In this document: positions 1 through 7,098 of the stretch, one piece after another
Position numbering within the stretch: the stretch's first letter is position 1
Layout of the letters: the number at the start of each line of letters is the position of its first letter
Sequence record: SRR31156797_7364
Strand: one strand, 5' to 3'
Length of the DNA stretch: 35,722 nt
The notes under the pieces: generated by a model
What the model was told of the DNA's origin: nothing
Seen by the model: the letters and a program-made list of their open reading frames with translations, nothing else
Database searches by the model: none
Made by a program: the position numbers and the translations under genes

Positions 1-556
1 CCCGGTGGTCTGCATCAACCGCTTCTACACCGACACCGACGCCGAGTGTGCCATCGTACGCAAGGCTGCCGAGGCGGCTGGTGCCAGATGCGCCGAGAGC
101 AAGCATTGGGAAAAGGGCGGCGAAGGTGCTCTGGAATTCGCCGATGCCGTAATCGACGCCTGTAACGAGGAAAACGATTTCAAATTCCTCTATCCGCTGG
201 AGATGAAACTGCGTGACCGCGTGGCAACCATCGCCAAGGAAGTCTATGGCGCCGACGGTGTGGCCTGGACTCCCGAAGCGGAAGCAAAGGCCAAAATGCT
301 GGAAAACGATCCCAAATACGACGACTTCGCCACCATGATGGTCAAGAGCCACCTGAGTCTGTCCCATGACCCGACCGTCAAGGGCGTGCCCAAGGGGTGG
401 ACCCTCCCCATCCGGGACGTTTTGATCTACTCCGGCGCCAAGTTCCTCTGCCCTTGCGCCGGCGCCATCAGCCTGATGCCTGGAACCGGTTCCAACCCCG
501 CCTTCAGGCGGATTGACGTGGACACGGACACCGGAAAGGTGAGCGGCCTGTTCTAA
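1..556 (+). CDS. fhs: Formate--tetrahydrofolate ligase, C-terminal part (5' end outside window)
   Basis: FTHFS C-terminal motifs: [43 protein letters not shown]...PAF..IDVD...VSGLF. Confidence 0.95.
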   Translation, partial: PVVCINRFYTDTDAECAIVRKAAEAAGARCAESKHWEKGGEGALEFADAVIDACNEENDFKFLYPLEMKLRDRVATIAKEVYGADGVAWTPEAEAKAKMLENDPKYDDFATMMVKSHLSLSHDPTVKGVPKGWTLPIRDVLIYSGAKFLCPCAGAISLMPGTGSNPAFRRIDVDTDTGKVSGLF

Positions 557-585
557 TCAGGATCTGTTTGTAATATTAATTCAAT

Positions 586-619
586 AAAAAAGGGCGATCT
601 TATGATCGCCCTTTTTTTT
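586..619 (+). terminator. Rho-independent (probably bidirectional) terminator after fhs
   Basis: aaaaaa-GGGCGATC-ttat-GATCGCCC-tttttttt: perfect 8-bp stem between an A-tract and a T-tract. Confidence 0.9.
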
Positions 620-706
620 CCCTATCTTAGGTTTGTGCCATTTGAACGTCCCGGACAAGCGTTTTTGGCATATAACCGCCTAATGACAACCAGACGCGAT
701 CACGGG

Positions 707-1591
707 TCAGGATAACAGCCAGGCGGCAGGGAGGGAATAGAGCGGAACATCGGCATCGAATCGACGTACCATGTCCTCGTTACAGACAACAAGACCCGCG
801 AGCAACGGTTTATCCAGCAGGGCCGTTAGATTTCGCATGTGGCGAAAATCATTCCTGGAGGGGTTTGTGGTCATTTTGCATTCAACGGCAATGAAGCCTT
901 GCGAGGTTTCCAGGAGCAAATCGACTTCTCTGCCGTCCAGTGTCCTCAGATGATATAGGCGGACGGGTAAGTCGGCGGTTTTCACTTGTTTGAAAACCTC
1001 TGCTTGCGACGATCCTCTTCATTATAGTCGGTATGGGTCAGTGCCGGCATGGCGCCCCAGTTCAGATAATATTCCCAGTGCTGTTTGGCGACGGCGTAAC
1101 GTTCGTTGATGGTAAAAATTTCTTCCAGATAGTCCCGAGGATCCTGTCGGGGATTCTCGGACAGCCACCGGATCAAACGGCAGGGACCCGCGGTTTCCGA
1201 CCAATCGGTGGTCATCAATTCGGGCAAGGTAAGCGGATACAATTCTTGAATAGCGGCCCTGCCGGCCAGAGATTCGCGGATACCCTGCAGGAGCATGATC
1301 CGGCTTGATCCCAGTAAAACATAGCGTACGTCAGGGTTCGAATCGTAACAAGCCTTGATGCTATCCATTAAGAAGGGGTAGCGATTGATCCAATCCTTGG
1401 CGGATAGACGCGAAAACTCAGGCCGTACCATGGGATCATCCATTGAAAGCAATAGATGATCATGAAAAACCCTGGATGCCAATGTGGTTTTCCCGGTCTG
1501 CCTGGCCCCGGTGATTACCAGGATCCTGCCCCGCCGTTTTTGATGAACCTGTACTATAATGTTTAGATATAAGCCTATTTTTTAATTTCAT
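707..1591 (-). pseudogene. AAA_14/DUF4143-type ATP-binding protein, degraded
   Basis: Starts MKLKNRLIS at 1591. The Walker A GRILVITGARQTGKTT (~1485-1530) is in another frame, so there is a frameshift. The Walker B (hhDE) appears deleted (RYP|FLMDS). LLGSS...ESLAGR...L.PL is retained. The C-terminal YHLRTLDGREVDLLLE...AVECK nuclease-like part is a separate ORF (707-985) after a large deletion. Confidence 0.8.
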
Positions 1592-1905
1592 AGTTTAGGT
1601 TTTACGTATATAAGCCGTAGTGTCAACCCATAAATCTCCTCCGAAGCTTTGCGCCACCGAACCGTCCCTTTTTTCGGAAAGACACACGATAAGTGGAAGT
1701 CGGCTTTGAATTGACATAAAGCAATGCCTCACATATACAAAGAGATCCTTGCTTTCCACAGGCATTTGTGTGGAAGTCAACTTTATTCGGTTCCGTGTTG
1801 GTGACCATTTGCCAATAAAAGGGATAGCCTGAGAGAACATCTGAAATCCATTCACGCGCTACACCAGCTATTAGGAAGGCACAATTTGAATGATTAGAAT
1901 ATGGG

Positions 1906-2871
1906 ATGATGTCCGATTCTGAGAATATTTCACCTGTTACGATTTGCCTGCTCAGCCACGGAAACCAAGAGGAAACTGCCCGTGCCGTGCGATCTGTCCG
2001 GCGCTTTGATTTGCCCGTCACGGTCGGGCTTACAGCAGGAAGCCTGGATTTGGATATCTTCAAAAATACCCAAATTCATCGGATTCCCTGGGAAGACAAC
2101 TTCGCCAGAATCCGAAATCTCCTGTTAGATCGAGTAGAGAGTCAATTTATTTTGTGGCTGGACAGTGATGAGGTCCTTTTTTCTTTCCCAGAGATGGATG
2201 TTGCTTTCTTTGAAAAGGATATATTCGGCACATATTGTCAAGAAAGTGAACGTTGGACGCCAAGGCTCCAGTTTCGATTTCATCGAAATATTCCGGGTGT
2301 TCATTGGATCGATCCTATCCACGAGAGGCTAACGGCTCATGGCCAACCTATTCTGGATGATTGGGGCTTTGTTCCCGGCATCCTGATTCGGCATTTCGGC
2401 TATGAAGACCCGGAGGTGCTCGAATCCAAAATGGTCAGAAACATGAAAATAGCCAAATCCGGGTTGGAGAAACACATGCCCACTTACGGCGATATTATTG
2501 CCGCAGCCAGAACCAAAACGCATATGGGCCGTTTCAATCCGATGCTGTGGCTAAAATGTTTCAAACACCCAGGCGCACAGTATTATGGACCAAAATTCGA
2601 CTTGCGGTTCGAACCGGCCGAAATGTTGTGTTCCTGTGGCTATACGGCACCGGCCGAATTTCTGCTAAAAAGGAATCCTCTTAATATACGTCTACATCTC
2701 GCTGTAATGGGCGCCCAATTGCGACGCTTGGGCGCGGTGGATCGAAAACGGCTTGAGTTTCTCCATGAATGCCTTTCAAATGGCTTCTTTGATCCGTATT
2801 ACGCCTGGCCAAAGGCGCTAATGGGTTTGTCAGAGCAAGGCCTTCTGGATTTCATTAAGAAGTCCGTTTAA
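1906..2871 (+). CDS. Glycosyltransferase family 2 (SunS/TPR-GT-like), with divergent C-terminal domain
   Basis: WEDNFARIRN, ILWLDSDE (DxD), HWIDPIHE, IRHFGY and SKMVRN match the WxxdFxxaRN / LDADE / IHE / HxGY / KxxRN pattern of this GT-A subfamily. Confidence 0.8.
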   Translation: MMSDSENISPVTICLLSHGNQEETARAVRSVRRFDLPVTVGLTAGSLDLDIFKNTQIHRIPWEDNFARIRNLLLDRVESQFILWLDSDEVLFSFPEMDVAFFEKDIFGTYCQESERWTPRLQFRFHRNIPGVHWIDPIHERLTAHGQPILDDWGFVPGILIRHFGYEDPEVLESKMVRNMKIAKSGLEKHMPTYGDIIAAARTKTHMGRFNPMLWLKCFKHPGAQYYGPKFDLRFEPAEMLCSCGYTAPAEFLLKRNPLNIRLHLAVMGAQLRRLGAVDRKRLEFLHECLSNGFFDPYYAWPKALMGLSEQGLLDFIKKSV

Positions 2872-2960
2872 AGATGTCGTTTTACCTGGGCACCTACCAT
2901 AGCCATAAGAAGAACGTAACATGAAAACCAACGGCAAATCTTGTTGATACGGAGGTTTGA

Positions 2961-3239
2961 ATGAATTTGTTTGAAGGGCGATTCCGCCGGATTGACGCAT
3001 ACGAATCTGGAACTTTTGAAGAGGATCTGTTTGTGATGAATGTTGAAACGCTGGATATCATGGGCTTGAACCCAACCGCGGCAGCGCTTTGGGAAGCGCT
3101 GAAGTGGCCCCAGTCGGTGGAGGATCTCACGGGTTTGCTCACCGAAGTATTCCCTGCGGAAAAAGAAGACGCTTTGAGAGCCCATGTTAGAGAGGTCGTG
3201 GAAACACTGTTATCCCGGAAACTCCTGGTAGAAATCTGA
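2961..3239 (+). CDS. PqqD family protein / stand-alone RiPP recognition element (RRE-1)
   Basis: 92 aa. LNPTAAALWEAL...VEDL..LL.E.F...V.E.VETLLSRKLL is the PqqD winged-helix pattern. GGAGG RBS at 2951-2955. Confidence 0.9.
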   Translation: MNLFEGRFRRIDAYESGTFEEDLFVMNVETLDIMGLNPTAAALWEALKWPQSVEDLTGLLTEVFPAEKEDALRAHVREVVETLLSRKLLVEI

Positions 3240-3240
3240 T

Positions 3241-3257
3241 GGTTTCGTTACGAAACC
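3241..3257. terminator. Short hairpin between converging RRE-1 and kinase genes
   Basis: GGTTTCG-tta-CGAAACC is a perfect 7-bp stem. There is no U-tract, so the function is uncertain. Confidence 0.35.
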
Positions 3258-3298
3258 GGCGTATAGATTGCGACTCAAACGGCAATAGACAAAGCCAC

Positions 3299-4162
3299 CT
3301 AAACCAAGGGGGAAATCGCCAGGGAGAAAGCACCTGCCAAGTCTCCCTCTCCCACTTCCAGTTCATAAATCTTGTTTTGGCGCCAGAGCGTCTCAACAAA
3401 GGGAAGAATTGCCAGTAGCCTATTCTGAATTTTAAAAGTATGGGCCAGGATTTTTCTTAGAACTGTCTCCCGATCGATAGGGATTCGCCGGGTGGACCCG
3501 CTCCGTCGAAGCAAATAGAGTGTTCTGACCGGCAGGCTGATGCCATAGGGAACCATTCTTTTTAGCGACCGGCCCAAAAGCACCCAATGATCGGATTTCC
3601 AGCCTTTTCCAAGACAGTACGGACCGGACTTTCCGAGGGCGGAGGCAAATGGCTCCGGTATTTCCGGTTTCTGGAGGCGCAGGCTGAGTCCCTGGGGAAA
3701 AGGGCGAACCGTAGCGTGAAAAGGCTCAACAGCGGTGCAATCATCGTTTATCACTGAAAAGCCTCTTTCCCAGGCGAGGGCTGCAAGTGAACTTTTTCCT
3801 GTTTGCGATCCGCCGCAGAACAGAATAGCCCCATTATTCACTACACAACTGGATGCATGCAAGACAGGATACGGACATTTTTGGAAAAAAGTCCATGGGA
3901 TTGCTGTAGCGAGAAAATGGGATATTTGTGAAGTATTGGGAATTGAAACCCTGGTCTTCCCCACGGACAAAAGGTAATCTGAGCCTTCAGGCAAGACGGA
4001 AATATTCCCCGGAAGACTGCGATCAACTTCAACTTTTTCTATTGTAAGCCCAAGTAGGTCAGCAGCCCGATGAAGCGAGGGGAAATGACAAACCTCCGCA
4101 ATGGTGCGGGTATCTTCCCATCCGAGGCGGTAACGGTGCATATCAATATTGCCAGAGGCCAT
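3299..4162 (-). CDS. HPr kinase-related (HprK-rel) P-loop peptide/serine kinase
   Basis: LHASSC (catalytic His), Walker A GGSQTGKS, INDD (DD pair), VRPFPQGLSLR. It lacks the N-terminal domain of true HprK. Confidence 0.85.
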   Translation of the reverse strand: MASGNIDMHRYRLGWEDTRTIAEVCHFPSLHRAADLLGLTIEKVEVDRSLPGNISVLPEGSDYLLSVGKTRVSIPNTSQISHFLATAIPWTFFQKCPYPVLHASSCVVNNGAILFCGGSQTGKSSLAALAWERGFSVINDDCTAVEPFHATVRPFPQGLSLRLQKPEIPEPFASALGKSGPYCLGKGWKSDHWVLLGRSLKRMVPYGISLPVRTLYLLRRSGSTRRIPIDRETVLRKILAHTFKIQNRLLAILPFVETLWRQNKIYELEVGEGDLAGAFSLAISPLV

Positions 4163-4185
4163 TTCAGAAAGGACAAATGAAGTCC

Positions 4186-4494
4186 TTATGTGTTCAATTT
4201 GTAATAATGCGCAATCAATCCTCGGGATTGAAGTGTTTTCAGAACCTCTTCAACCTGTCGTTCCAGTGTTTCCCTCGATTGTTCAGGAAAAGCCTCCACC
4301 AGAAGATCCGAGAGATCGTCGATGGTCTGTGGCCATTTGAGGGCTTCCCAAATGGCGGTCGCAGTGGAATTGAGAACGACCGTACCCCTGGTCTCCACAT
4401 GCATGACCATCAAATCCTGCTCAAACGCGCTCTGAAGAAAATCATCAATGCGCTGAAAGCGTTTTCTGCCTAGTTGTAATCCTTTTATTGACAT
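4186..4494 (-). CDS. PqqD family protein / RRE-2
   Basis: LNSTATAIWEALKWPQTIDDL...FP...VEEVLKTLQSRGLI. ATG 4494 is preceded by GGAGG (the ORF track used an upstream start at 4524). Confidence 0.9.
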   Translation of the reverse strand: MSIKGLQLGRKRFQRIDDFLQSAFEQDLMVMHVETRGTVVLNSTATAIWEALKWPQTIDDLSDLLVEAFPEQSRETLERQVEEVLKTLQSRGLIAHYYKLNT

Positions 4495-4604
4495 CCTACG
4501 CCTCCATCCGCGGAAGCATATCACCCAGGAAGTTCCACTAAAACCGATTGATCCGGTTCAGTGTGCTCCGGCAAATACAGAAGGTTTCATCTTAGACAAG
4601 GTTT

Positions 4605-4775
4605 TTATGAGGCATAGGTGAGATTGTCCCCTCCATCCAGCAAAAGCATCGCCGCCGGCGCTACGAAAGCGCAGGTTGCCAACTTCCTCAGAATCCTTCT
4701 GCGTTCCTCGTCTGGCATTGATTCATCCGGAACTTGTCCGCATCCCGTCTCGTTTTTTTTAACCGTTTCATCCAT
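4605..4775 (-). CDS. Putative RiPP precursor peptide, 56 aa: MDETVKKNETGCGQVPDESMPDEERRRILRKLATCAFVAPAAMLLLDGGDNLTYAS
   Basis: Hand-translated, ATG 4775 to TAA 4605. AAGGGAGGT RBS lies ~12 nt upstream. It fills the gap between the NTase and RRE-2 on the same strand. Acidic N-terminus, RRxIL motif, FVAP motif, C-terminal Ser. Confidence 0.75.
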   Translation of the reverse strand: MDETVKKNETGCGQVPDESMPDEERRRILRKLATCAFVAPAAMLLLDGGDNLTYAS

Positions 4776-4836
4776 TTCTTATGTGCTACCTCCCTTTTCT
4801 TCATCAATGAGCTACAAGTCCGGAGCGACAGCCTCT

Positions 4837-5715
4837 TTAATCTTCAGTAGGAATACTTTGCTCACAGACCTTTATGGTTATCCGCCTCAGAACCGTTTCC
4901 ATCCGTTCATTGGATTGAATGAGAAAATTCGTATCCAGTTCGGAAAGAAAAAGCCGATCCTGGGCAGTATTAACAAACGGAATAATACTCTTAAGGAGTT
5001 CATTTCCTGGCAATCTGAGGCAGACATTCTCCAGATAGGCTGTTTGGCTAATCGAAAAAAAGAAGCGAGGGACACGCACCAAGACGCCTTCGGATATCAT
5101 TTCAGCAGTCCCAGCAGCTGTTTCCGCCCAAGCGAGAAGGTCCACGCGTAATCCATTATCCGCGTGAGCACCTATGTGATAAGGTGATCTTTCCTCGAAA
5201 CGGAATCCCTGCCGTCTGAATGCCGACAGGACGACTGGGCGGTGACGTGCGAGGAACACAATATCAACATCGTGGTGTAAACGCGTTAATTTCCCTCTCA
5301 AGGCATCGTAAGCAATGCCGCCGGTAATAAAACACTCCAAATTGTCTTTTCGGATGATTTCGGCAACAGTTTCCGCCAAGGTCAAGACGGCAGCATTTCG
5401 ATATCGTCTGTACCAGTTTGAGTGTCCTAAAAGATCCTCAATTCTGTTGCGAAACGCATTCTCGATCAGGCCTGCCTTTATCAAAAGCTGATCATTAGGC
5501 CTCTTTTTCAGGTTTGTCAATTGGTGCTGTCTCACGGAAAATACGAAAAAAGCTTCTATTCTAACGGATTTAATTAATTCTATTCGCGCTCTTTTTTTTG
5601 GGTGCAGTATATAAAAAACAGACTGTCTGATCAAGAAATTACTCTCTGTCGATCCACGACACAGCAGACTAAAATTCTGGCGAATTTCGGGAACAGTAAA
5701 TGTACTTTCGATCAT
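4837..5715 (-). CDS. Nucleotidyltransferase (Pol-beta fold; ANT(2'')/Lnu/LicD-like domain) with N-terminal region of unknown function
   Basis: FITGGIAYDALRGKLTRLHHDVDIVF (GG + DxD) and a later RVDLL acidic strand. The start is reassigned to ATG 5715 (MIESTF), which overlaps the upstream ORF stop as ATGA. Confidence 0.75.
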   Translation of the reverse strand: MIESTFTVPEIRQNFSLLCRGSTESNFLIRQSVFYILHPKKRARIELIKSVRIEAFFVFSVRQHQLTNLKKRPNDQLLIKAGLIENAFRNRIEDLLGHSNWYRRYRNAAVLTLAETVAEIIRKDNLECFITGGIAYDALRGKLTRLHHDVDIVFLARHRPVVLSAFRRQGFRFEERSPYHIGAHADNGLRVDLLAWAETAAGTAEMISEGVLVRVPRFFFSISQTAYLENVCLRLPGNELLKSIIPFVNTAQDRLFLSELDTNFLIQSNERMETVLRRITIKVCEQSIPTED

Positions 5716-5870
5716 TCCTGGTATTCTTCCTGGTTTTCCACAGCGGCTTTCAAGTTGGAGTCGACAAAATTCACCGGGTCTTCTGCTGCAACAAATGATG
5801 GAAATCCCAACAGTATGACCATAGCCACAAAACCTAACAACAGATTCCTTCTTGTTTTTCTTGCTCCCAT
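5712..5870 (-). CDS. 52-aa small ORF with signal peptide: MGARKTRRNLLLGFVAMVILLGFPSFVAA|EDPVNFVDSNLKAAVENQEEYQE (possibly a truncated secreted LRR protein)
   Basis: GGAGG RBS just upstream of ATG 5870. Basic n-region, hydrophobic h-region and VAA cleavage site. The stop overlaps the NTase start (ATGA). Not in the ORF track (<60 aa). Confidence 0.6.
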   Translation of the reverse strand: MGARKTRRNLLLGFVAMVILLGFPSFVAAEDPVNFVDSNLKAAVENQEEYQE

Positions 5871-6269
5871 TTCTTCCCTCCGATATTAGATGTTTTCGTA
5901 AAGACTCAAAAAGCCTACGATTCCGAACAACGCCTGTGCCCACTCTCTGCTGTTCACCTCCTTTTAATTCCATGGAATTCATATCTTAAATCAGAAATAT
6001 CAAGACCGGTAACTTCTCATAATCGGTTTTCCCAGGTTTCCAATCTCACCAGGTTTTTCAACAAGCACTGTACCGCTTTTGATATCGCGACATGGCTTTA
6101 ATCTAACCATTTGATATATTGTTAAATGTCGGCCATATCCATACTCTTCCCTGGGAAGATTTTTCTTTCGTTGATCCTGTTCAGGCCATAATGGCCAATA
6201 ATTGGATAAATGTCTTTCCATTTATGCCACTTTCATATAAGATTTTTCACTATTACTGGATCACCTGAA

Positions 6270-6931
6270 ATGGGACCTGACATGGAAAACAAGAATGGCT
6301 TCGCGAAAGTCCTGGCCTTCTTTCAGGCCCAACAGGCCGGTGTTCCGGGCGATGCTGACTACAATGCCGCCTTTTGTCATATCTTGTCTGAAGCAGCTTC
6401 CGCCGAGGAGGCCTCCATCTGGCGGTTGGATAATGAAGACAGGTTGCACATGGTTCAGGGTACAAATGTTTCTCAAGAAGAGATTTCAGCGTGACCATTC
6501 GTGAAGGTGAAGGTATCACCGGAGCCGCTGTTTTGTCCCGGCGGACCATTGCAGTCTCTGACGCATGGGTACATCCCCAACACGATCGACGGATAGATAA
6601 ACGGATTGATTTTCGGACCGTTGCGATGATTTCAACACCCATAATTTATGGTGCACCCTATGGAGCGGTGAACATTCTGAATCACCGTACGGGTGGGCCA
6701 TTTCCCGCGCAATGGGAGGAACGAATGTCGGCAGTGGGCATCCTGTATGCTTCGACGCTGGCGGCATCGGGCCGATTGGTTCCCTATAAGTTACCCTGGG
6801 AAGCGGGGCGCTGGAATTTGAGCGCAGCAGCCCGTCAGCTCGGGATTCCGAGAAAGACCTTTTCATATCGTTTAAAAAAATGGGGATCGTCCAATGATTT
6901 TCTTTATCGCGAAATACTCGACCTTCCGTAA
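6270..6931 (+). pseudogene. GAF-domain / Fis-HTH (sigma54-activator-type) regulator remnant
   Basis: The GAF domain is split by a frameshift at ~6485 (ASIWRLD..., GEGITG...V.DA..HP.H...ID..I.F.T...I..P...GAVNILN). It runs straight into WNLSAAARQLGIPRKTFSYRLKKWG (Fis HTH) with no AAA domain between. Confidence 0.75.
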
Positions 6932-6962
6932 ATCAGTTCTTTGACGATTCAGCTAAAGAAGT

Positions 6963-6988
6963 GGGCGATCATATGATCGCCCTTTTTT
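6963..6988 (+). repeat. Second copy of the fhs terminator hairpin (direct repeat of 592-617)
   Basis: GGGCGATCaTATGATCGCCCTTTTTT versus GGGCGATCtTATGATCGCCCTTTTTT: 25/26 identical. Confidence 0.85.
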
Positions 6989-7010
6989 ATGGTCTGAAGA
7001 TAAATTTTTG

Positions 7011-7040
7011 TCTCGTCCATGCTCCGCGTGGCAACGAAGA
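7011..7040. repeat. Degenerate REP-like palindrome
   Basis: tctcgtccatgctccgcgtggcaacgaaga resembles the widespread CTCGTTCCCACGCTCCGCGTGGGAACG-type extragenic palindrome. Confidence 0.35.
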
Positions 7041-7098
7041 AACTTCTCTAACCGCCGTGATTTTCCCCCCGTTGAAGTGCTCAAGGTTACAAGCGAAC

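Noticed and set aside
1615-1710. c-di-GMP-I riboswitch (minus-strand GGCGCAAAGC and GAAA)
   Set aside because: The upstream GGCAAA element, a clean GNRA-capped stem and the tetraloop receptor could not be found.
2874-2924. Micro-ORF MSFYLGTYHSHKKNVT between GT and RRE-1 as a second precursor
   Set aside because: Only 16 aa, with no clear RBS and no resemblance to the 56-aa peptide.
3299-4162. True HPr kinase/phosphorylase (hprK)
   Set aside because: It lacks the HprK N-terminal domain and the EIRGLG signature, and there is no PTS context.
4618-5151. 177-aa plus-strand ORF, and the many other antisense ORFs in the track (e.g. 23927-24754, 26624-27589, 28412-29332)
   Set aside because: These are shadow frames opposite well-supported genes, with no recognisable motifs.
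4837-5715. Aminoglycoside/lincosamide resistance gene (aadB/lnu)
   Set aside because: Only the fold-level motif is shared. The extra N-terminal region and the precursor/RRE context favour another role, though it cannot be excluded without an assay.
1906-5870. Lasso peptide or PQQ biosynthesis cluster
   Set aside because: No lasso cyclase or B2 protease. The peptide has no room for a 7-9 residue ring plus tail after the leader-like motif. No pqqA (ExxxY core), pqqB, pqqC or pqqE.
5716-5982. N-terminal 89 aa of the 381-aa ORF-track protein
   Set aside because: It looks non-protein-like and overlaps a better-supported 52-aa ORF with RBS and signal peptide whose stop overlaps ATG 5715.
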